Shown in pieces: positions 53,029 through 64,000 of a stretch of DNA of 64,000 nt. The translations under genes and the position numbers were made by a program. How positions within the stretch are numbered: the stretch's first letter is position 1; each line of letters begins with the position of its first letter. The stretch lies in NCBI RefSeq assembly GCF_006345805.1, contig NC_043003.1, positions 16,306,001 through 16,370,000 of the forward strand. The letters are read 5' to 3'. Source of the stretch: Octopus sinensis. Lineage: Eukaryota. The notes under the pieces were generated by a model. That model saw only the letters and a list, made by a program, of their open reading frames with translations, ran no database searches and had not been told where the DNA came from.

Positions 53029-53646
53029 AATTTTGATCTATGAATCAAAATATTTCATGTCTCACGCATTCTTTCATGGACAGTAAATGCAACTACAATG
53101 CGACGTTTAAGATATTGCCATTTGTAAATTCAGCAAAATACTTTTATCCTCCCTGTTCCCGAATGTTCTGTGATTCAAATTTAATTAGAAATCAGATATC
53201 GAACGTAGATATTATATGATATCTATAACCAAATTTAATGTCGTTGCATGTACATAGTAAATAGTGAGTAGGTGAATACTAAACAGTTGACTTTTGAATA
53301 AGAAATATAATACGTTGTGGTAATATAAACATTAACAATATAATTATTCATTAATAAATTTAAGAGCTCTGTGCAGATGATAGAGTAAATATCGAAACCT
53401 AATCGTGGAAACTGAAGATAACTTAGATTACTAACCTTTTACATTCTAATGATATCAACGTTTTCTCACTTAAATGACAAACAGAGTCGTTTATATGACA
53501 TTTGCTTACATATTCTGTTAATCAAATTGACTCCCAACAATATATTTGTTATGTATCAATTACATATTGACATTAACCCTCGATGAAAATGCTTGGAGTT
53601 GATCAGATTCAATGTTTGGCGATGCAGTATACATAAAATGAAGCAA

Positions 53647-54205
53647 GGCGGTGAGCTGGCAGAATCGTTAGCACGCCGGGCGAAATGCTTTGCGGTATTT
53701 CGTCTGCCGCTGCGTTCTGAGTTCAAATTCCGCCGAGGTCGACTTTGCTTTTCATCCTTTCGGGGTCAATAAATTAAGTACCAGTTACGCACTGGGGTCT
53801 ATGTAATCGACTTAATCCGTTTGTCTGTCCTTGTTTGTCCTCTCTGTGTTTAGCACTTTGTGGGTAGTAAAGAAATAGGTACTTCGTCTGTCGTTACGCA
53901 CTGAGTTCAAATTCCGCCGAGGTGGACTTTGCCTTTCATCCTTTCGGGGTTGATAAACTAAGTACCAGTTACGCACTGGGGTTGATGGAATCAACTTAAT
54001 CCGTTTGTCTGCTAGAATCGTCATCACGCCGGGCCAAATGTTTAGCGGCATTTCGTCCGTTTTTACGATCTGAGTTCAAATTCGGCCGAGGTCAATTTTG
54101 TCTTTCATCTTTTCTTAGTTGATAAAAAAAGCACCAGTTAAAACACTGGGGTCGATGTAATCGACTTACCCCTCTTCCAAAATTACTGGCTCCCCCAAAA
54201 TTTGA
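53647..54205 (+). mobile_element. Family B SINE trimer
   Basis: Three tandem core modules, similar to 20890-21450. Confidence 0.8.
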
Positions 54206-54280
54206 AACAAATGTTTAAGATGGTAGGGTGTTATTTGAAGAGTATATTGATGGTATTTCTAGCAGACTAAAATACCAACT

Positions 54281-54673
54281 TACAGGAAGCACTCCGTCGG
54301 TTACGACGATGAGGGTTCCGGTTGATCCGAATCAACGGAACAGCCTGCTCGTGAAATTAACGTGTAAGTGGCTGAGCACTCCACAGACACGTGCACCCTT
54401 AACGTAGTTCTCGGGGATATTCAGCGTGACACAGAGAGTGACAAGGCCGGCCCCTTGAAATACAGGTACAACAGAAACAGGAAGTAAGAGAAAGTTGTGG
54501 TGAAAGAGTACAGCAGGGATCACCACCATCCCCTGCCGGAGCCTCGTGGAGCTTCGTGGAGCTTTTAGGTGTTTTCGCTCAATAAACACTCACAACGCCC
54601 GGTCTGGGAATCGAAACCGCGATCTTATGACCGCAAGTCCGCTGCCCTAACCACCGGGCCATTGCGCCTCCAC
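54281..54673 (-). mobile_element. Family C SINE with a third tail type
   Basis: 12-bp TSD AAAATACCAACT at 54269-54280 and 54674-54685. Confidence 0.85.
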
Positions 54674-55106
54674 AAAATACCAACTATATAAAACTAACCA
54701 TATAAAGGTTCTGTCGTTAGACTGTGATGTCATTGCTTTTGTTAAAGAGAGGAGTTTGACACTGAAAATCTAATACGTAGAACTGAGTCACTGTTTTGAA
54801 GTGGAGCGCTTATCATTTATAAGTACTTTATGTAGTGTTCCAGCTTTTAAATACTCTGAACTATGTCTACATTATTTAGTTAAAATATCACTCACGCTCT
54901 TGGTCCTCCTCAAAGTTATCCCTCCACTGATCTATGTTCTAAGCCTTCTTCTCCAGTAACACCGCCCCCGCCACCCTGTTCTCTCTAGATCTTTTTACTT
55001 CGTTCTTCAGGTCATCGTTGCCAGGAGATCTTTTGTCTTTCTCTCTTTCGTATTAGAGGAATCCATCAGGAGTGTTGCCTGGTGGTAGTGTACAGAACTT
55101 CTGAAA

Positions 55107-55531
55107 GCGTAGGAGTAGCTGTGTGGTAAGTAGCTTGCTTACTAACCACATGGTTCTGGGTTCAGTCCCACTACGTGGCACCTTTGGAAAGTGTCTTCTA
55201 TTATAGCCTCGGGCCCACCAAAGCCTTGTGAGTGGATATGATAGACGAAAGAAACTGAAAGAAGCCCGTCGTATATATGTATATGTATATATATATATTA
55301 TATAATATTATATATATATATATATGTTTGTGTGTCTGTGTTTGTTTCCCTAACATTGCTTGACAACCGATGCTGGTGTGTTTATGTCCCCGTAACTTAG
55401 CGGTTGGGCAAAAGACCCCGATAGAATAAGTACTAACCTTACAAGAAATAAGTCCTGGGGTCGATTTGCTCGACTAAAGGCGGTGCTCCAGCATGGCCAC
55501 AGTCAAATGATTGAAACAAGTAAAAGAGTAA
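55107..55531 (+). mobile_element. Full-length family A SINE
   Basis: Head-to-tail match to other copies. Confidence 0.85.
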
Positions 55532-55797
55532 GGTGTATCCAATCCAGCATCATTGTTCCCTGTTTGATCTTCGTATCATTGATGTTTACTTCCAGAAGGC
55601 TACAAAACATCTTTTCGAAAGATCAGCCCTAGATATTTTCCTAACCATGCGGCAGTAATTTATAAACATCTGTATCTTCTTGAAGATGACTTTCGTCGAT
55701 GTATATATATATATATATTATATATATATATATATATATATCAGAAATACTAAATTTCTAAATCTCTCGTAGAGACATGTACGGTGGTGGGGCGATA

Positions 55798-55983
55798 GAA
55801 TGGTTGTATACTCTCAATCTAACACGAACGTGATAATAGGGGGTACACCACCGCTGTTTAGCCCTAGGAAGCATCGACGATGTGTCAAAGCCATCAGGAG
55901 GCGTCGATGCTTCCTAGAGCTAAACACCGGTGGTGTACCCCCTATTGTCACGTTCGTGTTAGATTGACAGTATACAACCATTC
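55798..55983. mobile_element. Palindromic MITE, 186 bp
   Basis: 82-bp inverted arms (78/82 identical), 22-bp spacer, TA on both sides. Confidence 0.85.
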
Positions 55984-55991
55984 TATATATA

Positions 55992-56031
<40 letters not shown>

Positions 56032-56038
56032 AAAAGTG

Positions 56039-56074
56039 TTTTATGTTTCGAGCCTACGCTCTTCAACAGAAAGA
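56039..56074 (-). ncRNA. Degenerate minimal hammerhead-like motif (CUGUUGA core, ACAU helix III)
   Basis: CUUU CUGUUGA A GAGC-GUAG-GCUC GAA ACAU A AAAC. Confidence 0.4.
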
Positions 56075-56143
56075 AATAAGAGAAAATAAACAGAGAGAGA
56101 ATCAGAAAAACTTGTAGATTTCAGCGGTCCAACATGGCGAATG

Positions 56144-56239
<96 letters not shown>

Positions 56240-56529
56240 ATGTATGTATGTATGTATGTATATATTCAGTCGGTCATTTGTGATTGTACACAACAGAACC
56301 GGAGTATAAATCTGTGTTTACTTTAGTAAGTACTAGTTTGTCTTCAAATATTGTTTGCTCACGTTAGCGATGTCACTGACCCAACCTTGGTGCTTTAGTA
56401 TTTTAGGTCCTATTCGCTTGAATCCTGAAATGTATACGCGCGCACACACACACACACACACATACATATACATATCACTGTCGGCGGCAGCGTTAGCTCG
56501 TATCCGAGTATTAGATATGTAACTAGTAA

Positions 56530-56711
56530 TTAAGGTTCTTCATCTTGATGGGTGCGAAGGGTGTCGATGTCTGAGGTGGCGATAAATGCTCGGGGCATTT
56601 ATCGCAGTGGAGAGTTGGTGGGGAACAAGAAAGAGCGAGCGACTCTTTGCATCTTCGAAGTTTTAACTCTCCCTCTTGACGTCTATTATGCGACGAACTT
56701 CCGTGTATCAA
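56530..56711 (-). pseudogene. Possible decayed RTE-type LINE C-terminus
   Basis: With one frameshift reads RRCKESLALSCSPPTLHCDKCPRAF...LRTHQ, resembling the RTE C-terminal Cys/His motif; weak. Confidence 0.35.
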
Positions 56712-56833
56712 ATTTACTCACAAGGCAACGTGCCAATCCGGGGCATTAGCAGAAAACTCTTCTCCAAGATACTGTACAATAGGATCGAACCCGAACTCGC
56801 ATGGCTTCAATACGTTCTTCTTAGCCACTTAAT

Positions 56834-57223
56834 TTGTCTTATGAAGAAAGGCTGAAGACGCTCGACCTTTATTCTCTAGAAAAACGCCGCCGCCGTGGTG
56901 ATCTCATTCTCGCTCACAACATCATAATCGGAAAGTGTAACCTCTCGAAAGAGCTGTTCTTCACTCTTGCTCCAGAGCGTCGGTTTCATCTCAATCGAAG
57001 GAGAGGAGCTTTCTCCGTCTGGGTTGCGGATCCGTGGAACAAGCTGCCAGACGAGATGGTGAAGATGCCGACGACCGCTTTGTTCAAAGTCTCCCTTGAC
57101 CTCAAGTGGCCTGAACTCTTTACATGAACACCACCCTGTACTTAACTTCACGTCTCCCTACATGGCCTTGCTTTTTGTCTTTTGAGCCAAAAAATTAACT
57201 AACTAACTAACTAACTAACTAAC
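56834..57223 (+). mobile_element. 3-prime fragment of a CR1 LINE with a (TAAC)n tail
   Basis: SYEERLKTLDLYSLEKRRRRGDLI...WNKLP; stop at 57127; tandem-repeat tail at 57196-57223. Confidence 0.88.
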
Positions 57224-57437
57224 CATGACTATTGTCAGAAATTATTTCTGGACCTTGAACATTATTAAGCATGTTCACATGATTGAAAACAACATTCTGA
57301 CTTGAAATAGGGCCGAGGTCTGCCTCCCCGTTCATCCTTTCCAGGTCAACAGAATAAAGCATCAGCCAATTACAAGAGATTTAATCAACCATTTCATCTC
57401 CCCCATTTTCTTTTTTTACTTTTGTACTTATGTTAGA

Positions 57438-57747
57438 GTGGGGACACATGGCCTAGTGATTAGAGAAGCGGACTCGCGGTCAAGGGATCGCGGGCTCGAA
57501 TCTCAGACCGGGCGATGTGTGTGTTTATGAGTGAAACACCTAAGCTCCACGCGGCTCTGGCAGAAGGTAAAGGCGAACTTCTGCTGACTCTTTCGACCCA
57601 ACTTTCTCTCACTCTTTCCTCCTGCATCTTGCAGCTCACCTGCGACGGACTGGCGTCATGTCCAGGTAGGGAACCTATACGCCAAAGAAACCGGGAAACC
57701 GGCCCTTATCAGCCAGGCGTGGCTCGAGTTGGAACAAACAATAAACA
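57438..57747 (+). mobile_element. Family C SINE with a fourth tail type (V-domain-like motif)
   Basis: TSD ACTTATGYTAGA at 57426-57437 and 57748-57759; CCTGCGACGGACTGGCGTCATGTCCAGG motif. Confidence 0.75.
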
Positions 57748-58515
57748 ACTTATGCTAGAAACAAATATTATACATGGTTGTTTTTTGACAACTTTTTCCG
57801 CCTTATAAGGGTAAAAATACCCAATTATTCTGCTGTTTTAACCCTTTTGTTATCATATTTCTGTCAACATATGTTGCCGTTGTTTCAATTAATTTCTAAA
57901 GTTATGAAATATTTAGTAAAATATCTTTATCATTATTAAGATGGGGTCTGGAACAAATTAGCAAAACATTTTGATGGAAGATTAAAATTCTGACTACTTA
58001 AAAGCAGCAAGTTTATGTCAGAGAACCTCGGACAGTCGCGGGCAGGTTGGTATCAAAAGGGTTAACGGCGATACTGCGTTCGAAATATCACCTTCTTGTT
58101 TGTATCGTACGCTACACATTCGACGCTTCTAAAAACAAATATTATTTTGTGTATATACACACGTGATTGTTAAATATTATACATGCTTTTATACCTTTAA
58201 TTAATTCATATTGAAACTAGAACTAAACCTCGAATCACGAACGCTCATCTTTTAAAACTCGTTTACGTTTTATAAAAATGCTTGCCCAGTTGTACAAACT
58301 ATTAGTTCGCGTGCCAGTATTGAGTTCTGTTCAATTCCAGACTTCAAATTTTTCCAAGGTTTAATTCTATTTTAATCTCTGTCCAAGATATTTTTACCAT
58401 TTAGATGCATTTATATACTGGATTCACTAAAACGCCTGTACTTCTCTACGCCTATTTCTTCAAAGGATGACATTTTCTGCCAAGTCAAATAATAAAATCA
58501 ATAAGTATGTTTCAT

Positions 58516-58519
<4 letters not shown>

Positions 58520-58601
<82 letters not shown>

Positions 58602-59060
58602 ACACACATGCACGCACACACACATACGCACGCACACACACACACATACATACAAACATACATACATACATGCATACATACATACATATATACATACATA
58701 CATACATACATACATACATACATACATGTGTATATATCTATTCATATATATGTATGAGTGCGTGTGTCTGTATATATATTTATATATATATGTACATACA
58801 TATATGCATATACATAAATGCGCACACACGTACGTGTGTTTATGTGTACATATATGTCAATGTATATATTTATATGTATATATTTATATGTATGTATATC
58901 TATGTATATGTATGTGTGTATGTATACACACACTCAAACACACATATATATATATGCATGTGTAAGTGTGTTTTGTATGTACGTGTGTGTGTGTGTGTGT
59001 GTGTGTGTTTTGTATGTACGTATGTGTGCGTGTCTGTGTGTGTTTGTGTGTGTAATTATG
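58520..59060. repeat. Compound (CA)n/(TACA)n/(TA)n/(TG)n microsatellite tract
   Basis: Direct inspection. Confidence 0.9.
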
Positions 59061-59244
59061 AACATTGCTATTAGTTCTTCGGAAATCAAAAGAAAAAGAC
59101 AAGAACAACAACAATTACATCAGCCGGATATTTAAATTATATTATTTAGGTGCAAAAACTCTAATAATACATTTAATTCGAATTCTACGAACGAATTAAT
59201 ACATTGATGTTTGGTGGTACTTTTTGAGTATTTACATATGGTTA

Positions 59245-59289
<45 letters not shown>

Positions 59290-60039
59290 GGGAGAAATGT
59301 TTGTGTGTGTGTGTGTTTGTACTCATTCAATATGTATGAGCTTATTAAACGTGGTTTCATATAGTGTGTGTATGTATGTGTGCCGTTTGTGTGCGAGAGT
59401 GCGTGTCTCTGTTATGTGATTGTGTTGCATGTGGGTGCTTGGGAATTTTATGATAAACGCATATCTCGTGCTATAGATATACTTCTGCATCTGCAGAAGC
59501 ATCTACAGTTATGAACAAACTTTAAAACACACACACACACACACATTCACAGACGCACACATACGCACACGTACACACACACACTCTTTCTGTGTCTCTC
59601 TGAGTGTCTGTCTCTTTCTCTCTCTCACACACACATATACACACATACACACACAAGCACATACCAGAACAAAGGACTACGCTCAACGCTTGAGAAGAGT
59701 CTTCACGACACGCTCTGCTAATATCTCAGACTAAGATTCATGCTCGGATCAAAAGACAAACAACGATCACCTTCAAAGATGAGAGAAATAAACATATAAA
59801 ACTTGTCATCAGCGAAATTAGCAACTTGTAGGTACATCTGCAAACCAATAAAGAAGACTCAAAGTGTTCACTCAGCCATATAGAAATAGCAGCCAAATCG
59901 CTTTCTTATCAGCCCTTGCATTCGTTTAGTTCTTTCTTTTTTTCAAATGTTTAAATCTCAAAGAAACAGCATAATGGCTGATGTAATCTAAGATTCAGCA
60001 CTTTCTTTTACCTGTCTTAGTTATTGTATTATGGACATG

Positions 60040-60370
60040 TTGAGACCTCCTTCGGTTATGACTGACCATGGGATTGCACCTAGAAAGTTACCCTCCCAGG
60101 CACAAGTCCGGGCAAGGTTGTTTTTATGGAAGACCAGCAGTCGCCCATGCATACCAGCTTCCCCTCTCCACGCCACCAGTGTTATCCAAGGGAAAGGCAA
60201 AGGCCGATACAGCTTGACACCTGTGACGTCGCAACTTATTTCTACAGCTGAGTGAACTACATAAATAAAGTGTCTTGCTCAAGAAGGCAACACACAGCCC
60301 GGTCCAGGATTCGAACTCACGACATCACGATCGTAAGCTAAACGCTCTTAACCACTAAGCCACGCGCCTT
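60040..60370 (-). mobile_element. Family D (CORE-like) SINE
   Basis: Reverse-complement match to 38652-38991. Confidence 0.82.
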
Positions 60371-60560
60371 CACATTATGGATATGCTTGAGAATTAATCA
60401 GACAAATCAACTACAGTACAAATTTAGTTTAAGGTTAGTTTTATTGTTTCTGCCTCTTCTATCAAACTGCTATGTTACAAGTTAAGTATACAAGACAATA
60501 CTGGCTGTCAAACACTCACTCGCCCACACAAGGACGCGCGTACACAAACACACACACACA

Positions 60561-60606
<46 letters not shown>

Positions 60607-60892
60607 CATAACAGTTTATGTTTTATACTTAAATACATTTTTGAAAATTGGAGTGTGAGAACGCCAGAAGCATTTCTGTCTCCCTAAATGTTGTCAATAG
60701 CATGTAATCACAGCCAACCACTTGCTCAGATGAAATGTGTCGTCAACGATAGATAGGAAAACGGCAAACAAGCATTCACCGGTGTTGCGAATATCCACCA
60801 GGCTGAATAAATATCCGTAATATGCAACAGAAGCAATCTTCAGGGCGAATACTGCAGTAAATTTAACTTTCAACAATTAAGTATGATACATA

Positions 60893-61500
60893 GATGGAGT
60901 GGCTGTGTGGTAAGTAGCTTGCTTACCAGCCTCATGGTTCCGGGCTCAGTCCCACTGCGTGGCACCTTGGGCACGTGTCTTCTACTATAGCTTCAGGCCG
61001 ACCAAAGCCTTGTGAGTGGATTTGGTAGACGGAAGCTGAAAGAAGCCCGTCGTATATATATATATATATAACGGGAAGCTTTATGAAAATAGACAAAAGA
61101 CGAAGGCAGGTGGAAAACAAACAAACAATTGTATTAGTATGGCGCTCAGGAAATATAAATAAAACAAGTCTTTAACGTTTCGAGCCTACGCTCTTCAACA
61201 GAAAGATACACAGAGAGAAAAAAAACACAGAAAGAAGGAGAGAAAAAAAATGCGTGCAGTAACTAACGAATCAACATGGCGTGTGTGTGTGTGTGTGTGT
61301 GTGCATATGTTTGTGTGTCTGTGTTTGTCCCCTCAACATCGCTTGACAACCGATGCTGGTGTGTTTACGTCCCCGTTACTTAGCGGTTCGGCAAAAGAGA
61401 CCGATAGAATAAGTACTAGGCTTACAAAGTCGTGGGGTCGATTTGCTCGACTAAAGGCATGGCCACAGTCACATGACTGAAACAAGTAAAAGAGTAAAGC
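60893..61500 (+). mobile_element. Family A SINE interrupted by a Penelope-like fragment (61071-61281)
   Basis: SINE halves flank a 211-bp insert at the (TA)n/(TG)n junction. Confidence 0.8.
61169..61206 (-). ncRNA. Minimal hammerhead-like motif with variant CUGUUGA core
   Basis: UCUUU CUGUUGA A GAGC-GUAG-GCUC GAA ACGU U AAAGA; 5-bp stem I, palindromic ACGU. Confidence 0.55.
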
Positions 61501-62304
61501 GTAAAGAAATAATACTGTTCCTATAAAAGGTAACAGTTAAAGGATATTAATCGATATAGTATAACTAAGCTGAAACCACATTGATTTCTACTTATTATGA
61601 CGTACTATTTGTTACTGAAATATGCAAATGTCGAAATAATATGTCACACGAAGTTAAAAGTTTCGTATTCTTTTGCTCTTTTTGGTTTCAGTCATCAGAA
61701 CTTTGTTCGGGCTGCTGCATATTCTTCAATGGATTATAGCAAACCGTTTAGCCTCGCTCTCAGTTATCATTTCAGTCTTGTATCTATTTTATCGCAATTT
61801 ATTTATTGAATTACTTTTTGACTTGATGTCAGTTTTACGTTTATAAACACATACATATACAGATACATATAGTTGTATTGGCATTTTCTGACTTAGACAT
61901 GCATTAGCCAGTTTCACAAACGTAAAACATGTCATCCTTAAATGAACTTCGTTCCTGTTAGTCAGTGATTGGAGGTCATGTTGAGGAGTCGGTAGTTGTA
62001 TGACAGCCGATTATTCAACGCCTGCTGAATAGGAAACGGTTTTTATGCAACAGGTAAGAGTTGTGTCCCTTACTGTCATTAAATATTTTTATTTAAATTT
62101 CAGTAAACTTCAATAAAAGTGCTTGAAACTATTATCAACTAGCGATTTAATATTAGCCAATATGTCGCCTCCTATTCCTAAAAACATCAGTCTGGAAGCA
62201 TAGTTTTCTTATTATAGGATATACTAAGGCAGTTAAAAATGGCAGTTATGCATTGTGGAAGAATAACGAAAGGACCTTTTTATGTGTGCTCTAAATTGGT
62301 TTTA

Positions 62305-63138
62305 GGCAACTGATACCAAGACAACTCATATCAGACAACTCATTCCTGGACAATTGATATCTAGGACATTTGATATATAGGACAACTCATACGTAGACAA
62401 TGGATATCTAGGACAACTAATATATAGGACAAGTCATACCTGGACAATGGATATCTAGAACGACTGATATATAGGACAACTCATTCATGGACAATTGATA
62501 TCTAGGACAACTGATATATAGGACAACTCGTACCTGGACAATTGATATCTAGGACAACTGATATATAGGACAACTCATACCTGGACAATTGATATCTAAG
62601 ACAACTGATATATAGGACAACTCATACCTGGACAATTGATATCTAGGACAAATGATATATAGGACAACTGATATATAGAACAACTTATACCTGAAAAATT
62701 GATATCCAGGACAACTGATATATAGGACAACACATACCTGGACAATTGATATATAGCACAACTGATATATAGGACAACTCATACCTGGACTATTGATATA
62801 TAGCACAAATGATGTACAGGACAACTCATATATAGGACTACTCATAACAGGTATAAAGTGATAAATGTTTAATTTTGAAATAAATTTTGCGTGTATATGG
62901 TGTGTGTGTATGTGGTGTCTGTGTGTGTGCGTGTGTGTGTTTGTGTAGTGTGTACTTGTGTATGTGTACATGTTTGTGCGTGTGTGTGGTATGTGCGGTT
63001 ATTTTATTCTTACTTGATTTTTCTTTCGAAATGAAATCTTTATCACTTTATACATGGTATAAATTGTCCTAGATATCAATTGTCCAGATATAAGTTGTCT
63101 GATACGAGTTGTCCGGCAATGAGTTGTCTGGCACACTC
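62305..63138. mobile_element. Foldback-like element: 47-bp minisatellite arm plus a short inverted arm
   Basis: ~11 copies of GGACAACTCATACCT-GGACAATTGATATCTA-GGACAACTGATATATA (~62330-62850); reverse-complement arm at 63056-63138. Confidence 0.65.
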
Positions 63139-63249
63139 CAAGTTATGATAGAACAAAATATCCCTGTTTCGTTATCCAACCTCAAAGTTTCCAGATATAA
63201 CAAGACAGGAAGGTGGCGTTTTACCTCCTTGTCAATTTAGAAGTACACA

Positions 63250-63321
<72 letters not shown>

Positions 63322-63335
63322 AACACACACACACA

Positions 63336-63368
<33 letters not shown>

Positions 63369-63609
63369 CACACACACACACACATATATATATACTGTAT
63401 AAACCTTTATCGTGAAATGGTTGTCTATGAGTCCCACATATTATCAAAAAGAGTGAGGATCTCCCTAAAACCACAGGTAGGTAAGGAAGTATCCTCTCAA
63501 TTGACAGGTAAGTTGATTTTGGTAGTCACGGATGGGTGCCTGGGTGATTGTTGCGTTCAGTTTAATGTAAATTTGTTTATAACATAACATAAAACAACTA
63601 ACATTGATA

Positions 63610-64000
63610 TAGGGTCTTCTCATAAATAAAGCGATTTTTTTCAATTGCATGAAGTAAAAGTTGGAGAGGGTCTTGCTACGAAAGCAGCTAGTAATTTTAC
63701 CTTGTATTTATTCTTAGTGAAAGTTTTGAAGAGTGCAGTTCGATTTTAACAGTTATTTTTTTCAAAGCTATAATGGAAGTAACAAAGGAGGATATTCGGC
63801 ATATTTTGCTTTATGAGTTCAATAAAGACAACAACGGAACGGTAAGTGCGAGGAATATGAATGCAGTATATGGGGTTCGGACAATATGCATAAGCCAGTA
63901 TCAACGCTGCAGAAATTCCGAGCCGAAAACTCCAGACTAGAAGACGAACTTCGTCCTGGAAGATCTGTAGAGCTCGACGAACAAAATCCCATCGTAACTG
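63610..64000 (+). pseudogene. 5-prime part of a decayed mariner element, running off the window
   Basis: From 63773: MEVTKEDIRHILLYEFNK...ARNMNAVYG, then frameshifted KFRAENSRLEDELRPGRSVELDE (GRP-like motif); putative TIR after TA at 63608. Confidence 0.8.

Noticed and set aside
56579-56605. Perfect 11-bp hairpin GCGATAAATGC-TCGGG-GCATTTATCGC as a terminator or RNA element
   Set aside because: Isolated, lies within a probable decayed LINE fragment, and bacterial-type terminators are not relevant here
62330-62850. CRISPR-like appearance of the regularly spaced GGACAA repeats
   Set aside because: Intervening sequences are themselves repeated, there are no cas genes, and the context is eukaryotic

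Overview
AT-rich, microsatellite-dense animal genomic DNA. The tRNA-derived SINE families look like those of a coleoid cephalopod, probably Octopus (inference). No host protein-coding gene can be supported; nearly all listed ORFs are translated microsatellites or SINE fragments. The dominant structure is a 25-kb head-to-tail array of five ~4-kb units (26335-51331), bounded by co-oriented SINEs and joined at an 11-bp shared sequence. Each unit carries, on the minus strand, a complete type I hammerhead ribozyme motif inside a Penelope-like terminal-repeat fragment, plus a small Helitron and several SINEs. Units 3 and 4 contain the same CR1/L2-group LINE at an identical site: an 827-aa RT ORF in unit 3, deleted and frameshifted in unit 4. 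Three further minimal hammerhead motifs lie outside the array, two with an unusual CUGUUGA core. The rest of the window holds LINE, mariner, Helitron, MITE and SINE remnants. All RNA structures were folded by eye and are untested.
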